Of a DNA stretch of 64,000 nt, positions 30,555 to 40,410 are shown one piece after another; within the stretch, counting starts at the first letter, position 1, and every line of letters starts with the position of its first letter. The position numbers were made by a program, and so were the translations under genes. Source of the stretch: an uncultured Bacilli bacterium (GTDB lineage: Bacteria; Bacillota_I; Bacilli_A; RF39; UBA660); NCBI GenBank assembly GCA_934096035.1, contig CAKOKX010000002.1, positions 51,480 through 115,479 on the forward strand. The letters are read 5' to 3'. The notes under the pieces are model-generated. The model saw only the letters and a list, made by a program, of their open reading frames with translations, did no database searches and was not told where the DNA came from.

Positions 30555-31217
30555 TTAATCATTCGTTACATTACCATCACCAAAAACAGGAATGGTATCA
30601 CCCAAATATGTTGGTTCAGGTTTAAACATAACCTTTACAAAATCTTTATCTCTAGCAAGTATTTCCCTAAGTTCAAATTTTACACTTCCACTATAATCTC
30701 TTAAAGTTGCAGAAACTCCAACTGCATCTAACTCTAACTTTTCAGCTATATACAAACTTCTATACAAATGAAATTGTTGTGTTACAATAATAAGATTGTT
30801 TGCTAAAAATATTTCTTTTGCTCTATAAATACTATCATATGTTGAAAAACCAGCATGGTCCATAAAAATATCATTACTTTCTATCCCTTTATCAAGTAAA
30901 TAATTTTTCATAACATTTACCTCATCATAATACTTTTTGCCATGATCCCCACTTACAATTATTTTTCTAGAGTAACCATTTTCATATAATTTATAAGCCA
31001 TATCAAGTCTATCTTTTAAAACTGGACTTGGTTTACCATTTCTTAATCCAGCCCCTAAAACTAAAATAGCATCATAACCTTTATTCAAATTATTTTCATC
31101 AACTATTTTATCCTTTACACTACACTTTACATAAATATTTATTCCTAAAACTATAATGATTCCCATCACAATTAAAGTACTTATAACAATTATTATTTTT
31201 TTTAAAACTTTATTCAT
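30555..31217 (-). CDS. SanA/YdcF (DUF218) family envelope protein
   Basis: N-terminal TM, then DAILVLGAGLRNGKPSPVLKDRLDMAYKLYENGYSRKIIVSGDHG... Confidence 0.82.
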   Translation of the reverse strand: MNKVLKKIIIVISTLIVMGIIIVLGINIYVKCSVKDKIVDENNLNKGYDAILVLGAGLRNGKPSPVLKDRLDMAYKLYENGYSRKIIVSGDHGKKYYDEVNVMKNYLLDKGIESNDIFMDHAGFSTYDSIYRAKEIFLANNLIIVTQQFHLYRSLYIAEKLELDAVGVSATLRDYSGSVKFELREILARDKDFVKVMFKPEPTYLGDTIPVFGDGNVTND

Positions 31218-31324
31218 ATTTATTTCTTCAACTTTTCTATTTCTTCTTTTGATAGACCTGTTACTTCTAGTATTCCATCAATCGGATAATTTGCTTCCAA
31301 TAACTTTTTAGCAATTGATTCTTT

Positions 31325-32125
31325 TTACACTTTTTGTCCTTCAGCTACCCCTTTTTCAAGACCTTCTTTTAATCCTTCTCTTCTAGCAATATTTTTCTCA
31401 GTATTTTGAATGTACTTTTCTTCTTCCTCCGGAGTAATATCATATATGAATACATCTTCTTTATTTAATCTTTTCAATTTATCAACACTCTCCTTAACAC
31501 TAGAGTTTTTTATTTCACTACAATACTTTTCAAGATCTTCTTTATTCTTTATCCCTAACATTGTTAAAAGTGGTTTTTCTCTAGCACTTTTCATGTCTTT
31601 ATCATACCAAAGTTTAGCAAATTTTTCAACATTGATTTCATAATATTTGAAACGATTATCTAATTCCTTTTTATTATCTTTATCATAAAATGTATAACAC
31701 GTTATTAATGGATCCGTAGGTTTTACTTTATAGTTTAATGATATATGAATAAACTCTGAGACAGTATCATATGCTTGGCTCACTAAAGTTTTTTGACTAC
31801 AGAAAGAAAAATAAAAATTAATATTTCTCACCTTTGTACTTGCACTATATGATGAATTAAGTTCTAAATTTATTTTTCTTCCCTGTGCTTCCACGAATAA
31901 ATCTAATCTTTTACTTCGCTCACTTTTTTGTCTTATCTTTAATTCAACCGGAATAAATTTAATTATTTTATCTATTTTAATATCTAAGCATTCACTTAAA
32001 AGTTCACAAAGTAAGTGTGTTCGATCTTCATTAAACCCCACGAATATAGCTTTAAACATCTTATCATAATTAAAACCATAAAAGATATCATTTGTTTTAT
32101 TTTTTTCTATTAATTTACTAAGCAT
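31325..32125 (-). CDS. Rpn/PD-(D/E)xK 'transposase_31'-like nuclease, ended early by an in-frame TAA
   Basis: RLDLFVEAQGRKINLELN core and REGLKEGLEKGVAEG tail. The 34 codons after the TAA (31325-31327), down to a second TAA (31220-31222), are in frame. They read KESIAKKLLEANYPIDGILEVTGLSKEEIEKLKK, which is the usual C-terminus of this family. Confidence 0.65.
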   Translation of the reverse strand: MLSKLIEKNKTNDIFYGFNYDKMFKAIFVGFNEDRTHLLCELLSECLDIKIDKIIKFIPVELKIRQKSERSKRLDLFVEAQGRKINLELNSSYSASTKVRNINFYFSFCSQKTLVSQAYDTVSEFIHISLNYKVKPTDPLITCYTFYDKDNKKELDNRFKYYEINVEKFAKLWYDKDMKSAREKPLLTMLGIKNKEDLEKYCSEIKNSSVKESVDKLKRLNKEDVFIYDITPEEEEKYIQNTEKNIARREGLKEGLEKGVAEGQKV

Positions 32126-32343
32126 AAAATTTCTCCCTTCGATAAGTCTATATCTTAAGACAGAAGTACCAAAAAATGCAAGAAAAAGCGTTCATCAAAA
32201 GTCGACATAAATCGAGATATTTACACAGTTTCGTCTTATTTTTAAGAAAATATTAAAAACCAAAAAACATACAATTTTAAACATTTTGTATACAAAACAT
32301 ACAAAATATATTATACTTAATATATAGAAAAACGAGGTAAAAA

Positions 32344-33519
32344 ATGAAAATAGGAATATTTACAGATGCATATGAACCCCATATATCGGGAGTTACAACA
32401 AGTATTAAAATGTTAAAAACAGCATTAGAAAAAATGCATCACGATGTATATATAGTAACAGCAAACTTAGATAACAACAAATTCATTTATGATGAAAAAA
32501 ATAGAATAATCTATTTACCAGGAATAAAAACTGGAATTTATGAAACTAAATTAACAGGTATATATTCTAAAAAAGCAATGAAAATAATTAAAGAATGGAA
32601 TTTAGATGTTATTCATTCTCAAACAGAATTTGGAGTTGGTTATTTTTCCAGAATCGTAGCAAAAAAACTAAACTTACCTATAGTTCATACATATCACACA
32701 TTGTATGAAGATTATGTACATTATGTAACACATGGACATTTTAATAATTTTGCTAAAAAAATAGCTATTAAAATCACAAAATACTATTGCGAAAAAAGAT
32801 GTAATGAATTAATTGTGCCAACAGACAAAATAAAAGACTTATTTATAAATAAATATAACATAATAAAACAAGTAAATGTTATTCCTACAGGTATAGACAT
32901 TGATAAATTTAAAATAACGCCATCAATGAAAAAAAATATCCAAACTATAAAAAACAAATATAAAATAAAAGACACAGATTTTATAATAGGTTCAGTAGGA
33001 AGAATTGCACCCGAAAAAAGTTTTGATAAATTACTTTACAATATTAAAGATATGATAAAAGTTAATACCAACATCAAAGTCTTATTAGTGGGCGGTGGCC
33101 CAGATTTAGATAATTTAAAAGAATTAACTAAAAAACTAAATTTAGAAAATTATGTTATATTTACAGATAAAATACATTATGACCTTGTACCAACATACTT
33201 TAACATCTTTAATGTTGTAGTTTCTTTTTCAAAAACAGAAACACAAGGACTTACAATTATTGAAGGGCTCGCAGCATCTAAACCGACATTATGTATCGAA
33301 GATGATTCCTTTAGGGCTATGATTGAACCAAACTACAATGGATATTTATTTAAAAATGACAAAGAATTCAAAGATTATATTTTTAAACTTATGAATGACC
33401 AAAAACTTTATAAAGATATGTCCACTAATGCAAGAAACAGTACATATAAATATTCAAAAGAAGTTTTTGCAGCAGATATTTTAAAAGTATATCATAAAGC
33501 AATAGAAAATAAACACTGA
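32344..33519 (+). CDS. GT4-family glycosyltransferase (diacylglycerol glycosyltransferase-like)
   Basis: MKIGIFTDAYEPHISGVTTS..., GGGPDL, ETQGLTIIEGLA (EX7E). Ends in TGA inside a terminator hairpin. Confidence 0.85.
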   Translation: MKIGIFTDAYEPHISGVTTSIKMLKTALEKMHHDVYIVTANLDNNKFIYDEKNRIIYLPGIKTGIYETKLTGIYSKKAMKIIKEWNLDVIHSQTEFGVGYFSRIVAKKLNLPIVHTYHTLYEDYVHYVTHGHFNNFAKKIAIKITKYYCEKRCNELIVPTDKIKDLFINKYNIIKQVNVIPTGIDIDKFKITPSMKKNIQTIKNKYKIKDTDFIIGSVGRIAPEKSFDKLLYNIKDMIKVNTNIKVLLVGGGPDLDNLKELTKKLNLENYVIFTDKIHYDLVPTYFNIFNVVVSFSKTETQGLTIIEGLAASKPTLCIEDDSFRAMIEPNYNGYLFKNDKEFKDYIFKLMNDQKLYKDMSTNARNSTYKYSKEVFAADILKVYHKAIENKH

Positions 33520-33540
33520 ACAAAACAGTGTTTATTTTTT
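33511..33540 (+). terminator. intrinsic terminator after the GT4 gene
   Basis: AAACACTG-aacaaaa-CAGTGTTT followed by a T-rich tail. The TGA stop (33517-33519) lies within it. Confidence 0.8.
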
Positions 33541-33557
33541 AACAGCTATACAAAAGA

Positions 33558-34754
33558 TTAGATCATTTCCTCTTCTATTTTTTCTTTATTTTTTAATAGT
33601 TCCACTAATTCATCAATTTCTTTTTCCGTATTATAGAAAAATAAACTAACTCTTAAAGTATTTGTAACTCCAGTTGCATTTTTTAGTATTTTAGCACAAT
33701 GATTACCTGCTCTTACACAAACATTATATTTATTTAAATAATAAGCAACATCTTGACTAAATATTCCATCAACATTAAATGCTACGATTCCACTATCAGC
33801 TTCAAGATTTATTATATCAACATGACTTAAAGGCATTAATTTTTCAATCAAATAATCTCTTAAATGTAATTCTCTTTCATGAATTTTATCCATACCAATT
33901 TTATTAATATATCTAACAGCTTCACCTAAACCAATTACACCTGCAATATTCGGAGTACCTGCTTCAAGCCTTGTTGGTAAGTCTTTTAAATAAACTGTAT
34001 CAACTGTATCAAAAGACTCATTCATTCCTCCACCTAAATTAATAGGTTCTAATTCTTCAAGTAATTCTTTCTTACCATATAAAACTCCAACCCCTGTTGG
34101 TCCAAGCATTTTATGTCCTGAAAAAGCCAAAAAGTCAATATCTAGATCTTGAACATCAGTTTTTAAATGGGGAACCATTTGAGCTCCATCTACTACTACA
34201 AAAATATTATGTTCATGAGCAAGTTTAGTAATTTCTTTAATAGGTCTAATATCCCCAACAACATTAGTAATACCAGCTAAAGCTATAACTTTAGTATTAG
34301 GTGTTATACTTTTTCTAACATTATCTAAAGTTACATGTAGTGACTCATCCAAAGGAATAAAGTTAACAATACAACCTAAATCTTTACTTAACCTAAACCA
34401 AGGAAGAACATTTGATGCATGTTCACTAGTTGTTATTAAAATTTCATCTCCAGCTTCTAGCAAGTTTGCAAAAAAACCACTAGCAATCATATTTAAAGAA
34501 TCCGTTGTACCACTTGTAAATACCACCTCTTCTTTAAATTTAGCATTTATAAAATTTTTAACTTCTTCACGAGCATTTTCATATTCAACATCAACTTTAA
34601 AAGAAATATCATAATCTCCGCGATGAGCATTAGCACTATAATTTTCATAATACTCAGTCATTTTATTTATAACACATTGGGGTTTTAAACTTGTAGCACC
34701 ATTATCAAAGTATATTATATCTTGTTTTAACATAGGAAAATCTTCTCTATACAT
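33558..34754 (-). CDS. sufS: cysteine desulfurase (SufS/CsdA class)
   Basis: REDFPML...IYFDNGATS, SGHKMLGPTGVGVLYG (PLP Lys), RAGNHCA (catalytic Cys loop). Confidence 0.9.
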   Translation of the reverse strand: MYREDFPMLKQDIIYFDNGATSLKPQCVINKMTEYYENYSANAHRGDYDISFKVDVEYENAREEVKNFINAKFKEEVVFTSGTTDSLNMIASGFFANLLEAGDEILITTSEHASNVLPWFRLSKDLGCIVNFIPLDESLHVTLDNVRKSITPNTKVIALAGITNVVGDIRPIKEITKLAHEHNIFVVVDGAQMVPHLKTDVQDLDIDFLAFSGHKMLGPTGVGVLYGKKELLEELEPINLGGGMNESFDTVDTVYLKDLPTRLEAGTPNIAGVIGLGEAVRYINKIGMDKIHERELHLRDYLIEKLMPLSHVDIINLEADSGIVAFNVDGIFSQDVAYYLNKYNVCVRAGNHCAKILKNATGVTNTLRVSLFFYNTEKEIDELVELLKNKEKIEEEMI

Positions 34755-35025
34755 ATATTTACCTCTTTTCTATTTATACTATAATTTATTCGCTGTAAAA
34801 AAAGCTAATTATAACAAAAGCCTTGTCCAGCTTTTTATTTATTATTTTTCCAAAAGAAAAATACATACATATTATAATACAAAAATTTAAATAAAACTAG
34901 TATTATAATTTGACATAATGTTCAATATAAAATATAATTATTTTGTAAGAAACATCTCTTTTTCATATTTTTTACCAAAGGCGTGACCTTTATAGATGTT
35001 TCTTTACACATAAAAACACAAGATT

Positions 35026-36138
35026 TTACTCTCTTGTGTTTTTCTTTTTTAATTTTAAATTAACATCTGTCTTTAAAATACTATAAAGAATTGAAGCTAA
35101 AGGAACACTTAATAACATTCCTAATACTCCATTAATACTAGCACCAATAGTTACAGCCACTAAAACCCAAATACCTGGAAGCCCCACAGATTTTCCCACT
35201 ACATGAGGATAAATCAAATTACCCTCAAGTTGTTGAAGAACAATAATGAATATAACAAATATTACTGATTGCAAAGGATTTACCATAAATATTAAAAATG
35301 CACCAATAATTGTACCAATAAAAGCCCCAAAAACTGGAATTAATGCCGTAAATCCTACTAAAACTGAAATAGCACCAGCATATGGAAGCCTTAAAATAAT
35401 CATTCCAAAGAAACATAAAACTCCAATAATTATAGCTTCTAAACATTGACCACTTACAAAATTAGCAAAAACTCTATTGGATAATTCAGCAATATCTACT
35501 ATTTTTTTACAACTCTTATTAGGTAAATATGCTTTCATTATATTATTAAATTGTCTACTTATTTTTTCTTTATCAATTAAGAAATATATTGCAAAAACTA
35601 TACCTATAAAAACATTTACAAATGCATTTAATACATTACTTGCTATTCCAAATGTAGCTTCAATTACTTTTCCACTATTATTTAAAACATATTCTTTAGC
35701 ACTATCTCCTAGATTACTTAAAGTTTCCATTATATCATTAATTACATTATTAGATACATTTAATTTTAATAATAACTCTTTTAAATTACTCAAATAATCA
35801 GGTATATTATTAGCAAATATAACTATAGTATCTTGTAAATTTGGAATTATTAACAACATTAATATTATAAAAAATCCAATGACAATAAAAATAGATAACG
35901 TTAAACTTACTCCCCTTTTAGTATTTTTATTCCAATTTAATTTTTCAAACCATTTATTTTCAATTACTCCCATTAAAACATTTAAAACAAAAGCAATCAT
36001 TATTCCAATTATAAAAGGCATAAATATTTTAATAATATATCTTAATATACTAAATATTTCTTTTATATAAATAAATCCAAATATTAACAAAACAGTATAA
36101 AGTATTAAGAATCTTATATCTTTTTTATTTAATTTCAT
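35026..36138 (-). CDS. AI-2E family transporter (PerM-like)
   Basis: 370 aa, polytopic. LQQLEGNLIYPHVVGKSVGLPG. Confidence 0.85.
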   Translation of the reverse strand: MKLNKKDIRFLILYTVLLIFGFIYIKEIFSILRYIIKIFMPFIIGIMIAFVLNVLMGVIENKWFEKLNWNKNTKRGVSLTLSIFIVIGFFIILMLLIIPNLQDTIVIFANNIPDYLSNLKELLLKLNVSNNVINDIMETLSNLGDSAKEYVLNNSGKVIEATFGIASNVLNAFVNVFIGIVFAIYFLIDKEKISRQFNNIMKAYLPNKSCKKIVDIAELSNRVFANFVSGQCLEAIIIGVLCFFGMIILRLPYAGAISVLVGFTALIPVFGAFIGTIIGAFLIFMVNPLQSVIFVIFIIVLQQLEGNLIYPHVVGKSVGLPGIWVLVAVTIGASINGVLGMLLSVPLASILYSILKTDVNLKLKKKNTRE

Positions 36139-36817
36139 CTAATCCCTCCAAATACATCTTTACATCTTCTATTTCATATACAGCAAATTTAATATCTTTA
36201 TTTACTTCTTTTTTTACTAATAATTGATTATCATTAAAATCTTCAAATATTAAAGAATATTTATCACCATTCTTATCACAATTTACTTTTAAACTATATT
36301 TATTTTTATAATCAGTTATTACGGGTTCTACTCTTTTACTATTATAAACTTTATCTATTAATCCACTCATAGCTTTTTCACTTATATCGCCATCTAAATA
36401 AGCACTTAAACTATTATATTCATAAACCCACATATCACTTAACTTATAATCACTACTACAATAATTATCCTTTACATAACTAATATTTACTTCTTTATAA
36501 TATTTATTACTTTTTATTTCATAATTAGTTATTGTAATATTATTATCTTTATCATAATAATATTTACCATAACAATCATCTAATGATTTTAAATATTCAT
36601 CTTTAACTCTTTCTAACTTTTCTACACTTACAAAAGTATAAAATGTTACATCTAAATTATTCTCTTTTACATACATAAATCTACTAATAGGTATACCTTC
36701 CTTTAGATCATCATTTTTAAATGTATCGTAAACAAAAGTCTTATTAGTAAGTAATAAAAACAAACCACCAACAACTATTACAAAAATTAACAATTTAATT
36801 AATTTAAATAATTTCAT
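36125..36817 (-). CDS. hypothetical membrane-anchored protein
   Basis: 230 aa with an N-terminal TM. Lies between tex and the AI-2E gene and overlaps the latter by 14 nt. Confidence 0.55.
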   Translation of the reverse strand: MKLFKLIKLLIFVIVVGGLFLLLTNKTFVYDTFKNDDLKEGIPISRFMYVKENNLDVTFYTFVSVEKLERVKDEYLKSLDDCYGKYYYDKDNNITITNYEIKSNKYYKEVNISYVKDNYCSSDYKLSDMWVYEYNSLSAYLDGDISEKAMSGLIDKVYNSKRVEPVITDYKNKYSLKVNCDKNGDKYSLIFEDFNDNQLLVKKEVNKDIKFAVYEIEDVKMYLEGLDEIK

Positions 36818-36821
36818 TTAT

Positions 36822-38963
36822 TTACTCCTCTATTAATGATAAATTAACTCTTCCTTTTTCTTTATCTATTCCACAAACATAAACTGTTATTATATCTCCG
36901 ACTTTAAGTATCTCACTTGGATGTTTTACAAACGATTTACTCATTTTAGAAATGTGCACAAGTCCATCATCATGAAGACCTATGTCTACAAATGCACCAA
37001 AAGCAGTTACATTTCTTACAGTTCCTTCCAATTGCATTCCAACTTCTAAATCATCAATTGTTAATACATCACTTCTTAAAGTCATTTGTTTAATTTCATC
37101 TCTTGGATCTATTACACCATTTACTAAGTTATTTTTTATCATTTCCCATAATTCATTAGAAATATTATATTTATTTATTACATCATTATCTTTAATATTA
37201 TTTAGTTTACTTTCCATATCCTTAGTACCCACTAAATTTACATCTATGTTATTATCACTTAGTATTTTATTAACAATTTCATAATCTTCGGGATGAATAT
37301 TAGTTTTATCTAAAGGATTATTTCCAAATATTCTTAAAAAACCAGCTGATTGTTCAAATATTTTATCATCCATACCTGCAACTTTCTTAAGCTCTTCACG
37401 AGATTTAAAGCCTCCGTTTTTCTTTTTATATTCTTGCATTTTACCAATGACTTTTTTATTTAAACCAGAAACATGATTTAAAATACTATCACTAGCATTA
37501 TTTAAATTAACACCTACTTCATTAACTACTTTACTTACCACAAATCCTAATTCTTCATCTAATTCTTTTTGTTTCAAATCGTGTTGATATAACCCCACCC
37601 CAATGCTTTTAGGATCTATTTTAACAAGTTCTGACAAAGCATCTTGTAATCTTCTACCAATTGAAACAGCACTTCTTTGTTCAACAGAATAATCAGGAAA
37701 TTCTTTTTTAGCAAGAGGACTTGCAGAATAAACACTAGCACCAGCTTCACTAACAATAACATATTTAACATCTAAATTATATTTTTTAATTAAATTAGTT
37801 ACAAACATTTCACTTTCGCGTGATGCCGTACCATTACCAATAGCAATTATCTTAACATTATGTTTTTGTATTAAAGCTAACATTATTTTTTCAGCCATAT
37901 CCACTTCTTTTTTAGGTTCATGCGGATAAATTACTCCGATTTCTAACACATCACCATTTTCATTTAATACAGCAAGCTTACATCCTGTTCTAAATGCTGG
38001 ATCAAATCCAAGTACCACACTACCTTTAATCGGCGGAGTAAGTAATAAATTTTCTAAGTTATTTCCAAACTCATCTATACCAAACTCACTAGCTTTATCA
38101 TAAAGTTCTGCTTTAATATCTCGCTCTAAAGATGGTTCAAGTAGTCTCTTCCATGCATCTTCAATAAACATTTTTACATCATCAACTAATGGTGATTTTT
38201 TATTACCTATTACTTGTTCTTCTAAATATTTAATAACACCACTTTTATCCAAACTAAGTGAATATGTAACAACTTTTTCTTTATCAGCACGAGCTAAAGC
38301 AAGCACTTGATGTGGTTTAATATTAGTTATCTTACATTCAAAATTATAATATATTTCATATGTTTTAGCCTCATCGACAGCACCTTTTTTAAGTTTACCT
38401 TTAACAAGTCCATTATACCAATAATAATTTCTAATAGATTTACGATACTTAGGTTTATCACTAATCCAATCTGCAATTATATATCCAGCATTAATTATAG
38501 CATCATCAACACTTTTAACATTTTCATTAATAAAATCTTTAGCAATTTCATCTCTAGTCTTATTTGGTAAAGTCATAATTATTTTAGCAAGTGGCTCTAA
38601 CCCTAACTTAATTGCTTCAGTACCTTTAGTTTTTCTTTTTTCTTTAAATGGAGCATAAATATCCTCAACTTCACTTAACTTACTAGATTCATTTATTGCT
38701 TTAACTAATTCTTCCGTAAGCATACCTTTTTCATCAATTAATCTTTTTACATCTTCTTTTCTATTTTCTAAATTAACCATATAGTTATATTCAGTTTCAA
38801 TTAATCTTAACTCATCTTCATTTAAATTACCAGTTACTTCTTTTCTATAACGAGCCATAAATGGAATAGTTGCTCCTTCACTAAGCATACTAATAACATT
38901 CTTAATTTGATAATCTTTCAAATTAATTTTATCACTTACTTTTCTTATTACTTCTTCATTCAT
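36822..38963 (-). CDS. tex: Tex-like transcription accessory protein (S1 RNA-binding)
   Basis: 713 aa. YqgF-like and HhH regions and a C-terminal S1 domain (VGMQLEGTVRNVTAFGAFVDIGLHDDGLVHIS). Confidence 0.92.
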   Translation of the reverse strand: MNEEVIRKVSDKINLKDYQIKNVISMLSEGATIPFMARYRKEVTGNLNEDELRLIETEYNYMVNLENRKEDVKRLIDEKGMLTEELVKAINESSKLSEVEDIYAPFKEKRKTKGTEAIKLGLEPLAKIIMTLPNKTRDEIAKDFINENVKSVDDAIINAGYIIADWISDKPKYRKSIRNYYWYNGLVKGKLKKGAVDEAKTYEIYYNFECKITNIKPHQVLALARADKEKVVTYSLSLDKSGVIKYLEEQVIGNKKSPLVDDVKMFIEDAWKRLLEPSLERDIKAELYDKASEFGIDEFGNNLENLLLTPPIKGSVVLGFDPAFRTGCKLAVLNENGDVLEIGVIYPHEPKKEVDMAEKIMLALIQKHNVKIIAIGNGTASRESEMFVTNLIKKYNLDVKYVIVSEAGASVYSASPLAKKEFPDYSVEQRSAVSIGRRLQDALSELVKIDPKSIGVGLYQHDLKQKELDEELGFVVSKVVNEVGVNLNNASDSILNHVSGLNKKVIGKMQEYKKKNGGFKSREELKKVAGMDDKIFEQSAGFLRIFGNNPLDKTNIHPEDYEIVNKILSDNNIDVNLVGTKDMESKLNNIKDNDVINKYNISNELWEMIKNNLVNGVIDPRDEIKQMTLRSDVLTIDDLEVGMQLEGTVRNVTAFGAFVDIGLHDDGLVHISKMSKSFVKHPSEILKVGDIITVYVCGIDKEKGRVNLSLIEE

Positions 38964-39026
38964 ACTATATACCTCAATTCTTCCTTAATTATACCAAAAA
39001 AACATGGACAATGCCATGCTTTTAGC

Positions 39027-40289
39027 TTAATTTATAATAATCGGTAAACTTTTTGTTCCATCACCACTTACATAAGTTACTGATGTATCAAGATTAAAAA
39101 CGGGTCTAACTCCATACGAATCCATACCTACAAAACTATTAGTAACATTTCCATCCCTATGTATTCCAAACATCATCTCAGAATCATCTGTATATGGAGT
39201 TAATGTCCAATCATCAAAACCCATGTACATCCAATTTATTGTTATTGCTATTCTATAATCTTTTGTTGAATCACTACTATTATATCCTACTAATGTCCAT
39301 GCACTAGGACCTGCAGCATAATAATAATCTGATACATACATTAATCCTATTTTTGCATCATATGTTGTACTTGAGGCACTACTTCCTACTTCATATTGAT
39401 ATGCTGTTTTTGGTACTGAAGTTCCTATATTAGCCCATGAGCCGCCACCAACTTTCCATGTTGTTGTAATTATTTTTGATGCCCAAGTAGTTCCTATATT
39501 ATTGATGAAACTTGTATTTAAGTTTGTTTTATTTAATTGACTTACACTCCAATCATTTGTTGAAGGACTGCTATTTAAATGATAAATATCAATATCTGTT
39601 AAAGCACCTTGATATTTTGAAGGTGGAGAATTATGATAAGAAAATTCTCCTGTGGTTCCTAATAAATTTCTATTTGCATAATCATATTTGATTAATTTTA
39701 CTTTGCCATCTATTACACCAATTATTCTATATAAATTATCTATTGGACATGGGTTTGTTGTTGAACCAAAGCATACAAAGTTATTTACTTGGTCGCTTGC
39801 TCCTGCATATCTATAACTATTATCACCAGCTCCATTAGATAAACTTGATTTATGATAATAAATATTATTTTGCCCTTGTGTCCCAGTATATTGAGCAATT
39901 ACACAATCTTTTAATGTTTTGTCACCACAAACCTCTGATAAAACTAAAAGTTTATCAAAATAAACATAACACTTATCTGATAAATTACCTAAAACTATCA
40001 CTGCTTTCTTTGTATCATCCCAACTTATTTTTGAACCATTTTCACATCTCGATAATTCTGAATTAAACTTATAGCCTTCTGTTGGCCATTTACTCTGAGT
40101 AACTGTTTTATAATCTCCAGCTCCTGCTGTTTGTTCTAAATTCATGGATATTCCTTTAGTTATTTTAGTTTTATTATTAACACTATCTTCAACATAATTA
40201 TTTGTAGTTTTAAAATAATTAAAACTTGTAAGAAATGTAATTAATAAAACTAAAGTAATTATTGATAATATAATATATTTTTTCTTCAT
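39027..40289 (-). CDS. hypothetical secreted or membrane-anchored protein
   Basis: 420 aa. N-terminal TM/signal (YIILSIITLVLLITFLTS), Ser/Thr/Asn/Tyr/Trp-rich, ends ...GVRPVFNLDTSVTYVSGDGTKSLPIIIN. No family named with confidence. Confidence 0.55.
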   Translation of the reverse strand: MKKKYIILSIITLVLLITFLTSFNYFKTTNNYVEDSVNNKTKITKGISMNLEQTAGAGDYKTVTQSKWPTEGYKFNSELSRCENGSKISWDDTKKAVIVLGNLSDKCYVYFDKLLVLSEVCGDKTLKDCVIAQYTGTQGQNNIYYHKSSLSNGAGDNSYRYAGASDQVNNFVCFGSTTNPCPIDNLYRIIGVIDGKVKLIKYDYANRNLLGTTGEFSYHNSPPSKYQGALTDIDIYHLNSSPSTNDWSVSQLNKTNLNTSFINNIGTTWASKIITTTWKVGGGSWANIGTSVPKTAYQYEVGSSASSTTYDAKIGLMYVSDYYYAAGPSAWTLVGYNSSDSTKDYRIAITINWMYMGFDDWTLTPYTDDSEMMFGIHRDGNVTNSFVGMDSYGVRPVFNLDTSVTYVSGDGTKSLPIIIN

Positions 40290-40352
40290 TTAACATCATC
40301 TCCATTACAATATCACGCACAGATATTTTATTTTATATACTCATTTTAACCG

Positions 40353-40409
40353 AAAAAAAAAAAAAAAAAAAGCCCTATATTCGTGCAAACACACAATTTA
40401 GGGTTTTTT
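40353..40409 (-). terminator. terminator-like hairpin with an exceptionally long homopolymer (A19 on plus = T19 on minus)
   Basis: On the minus strand: AAAAAACCCTA-(21 nt loop)-TAGGGC followed by T19 (40353-40371). Lies between the 827-aa gene and the promoter region of the 420-aa gene. Confidence 0.55.
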
Positions 40410-40410
40410 A

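Noticed and set aside
34948-35005. An 11-bp perfect stem (AAGAAACATCT...AGATGTTTCTT) with a ~35-nt loop between the AI-2E gene terminator and the sufS promoter region, considered as a possible sRNA or riboswitch.
   Set aside because: It has no flanking promoter-plus-terminator pair of its own that I could define, no recognisable riboswitch core, and sits in very AT-rich spacer DNA where such stems arise by chance. Evidence is insufficient to call a feature.
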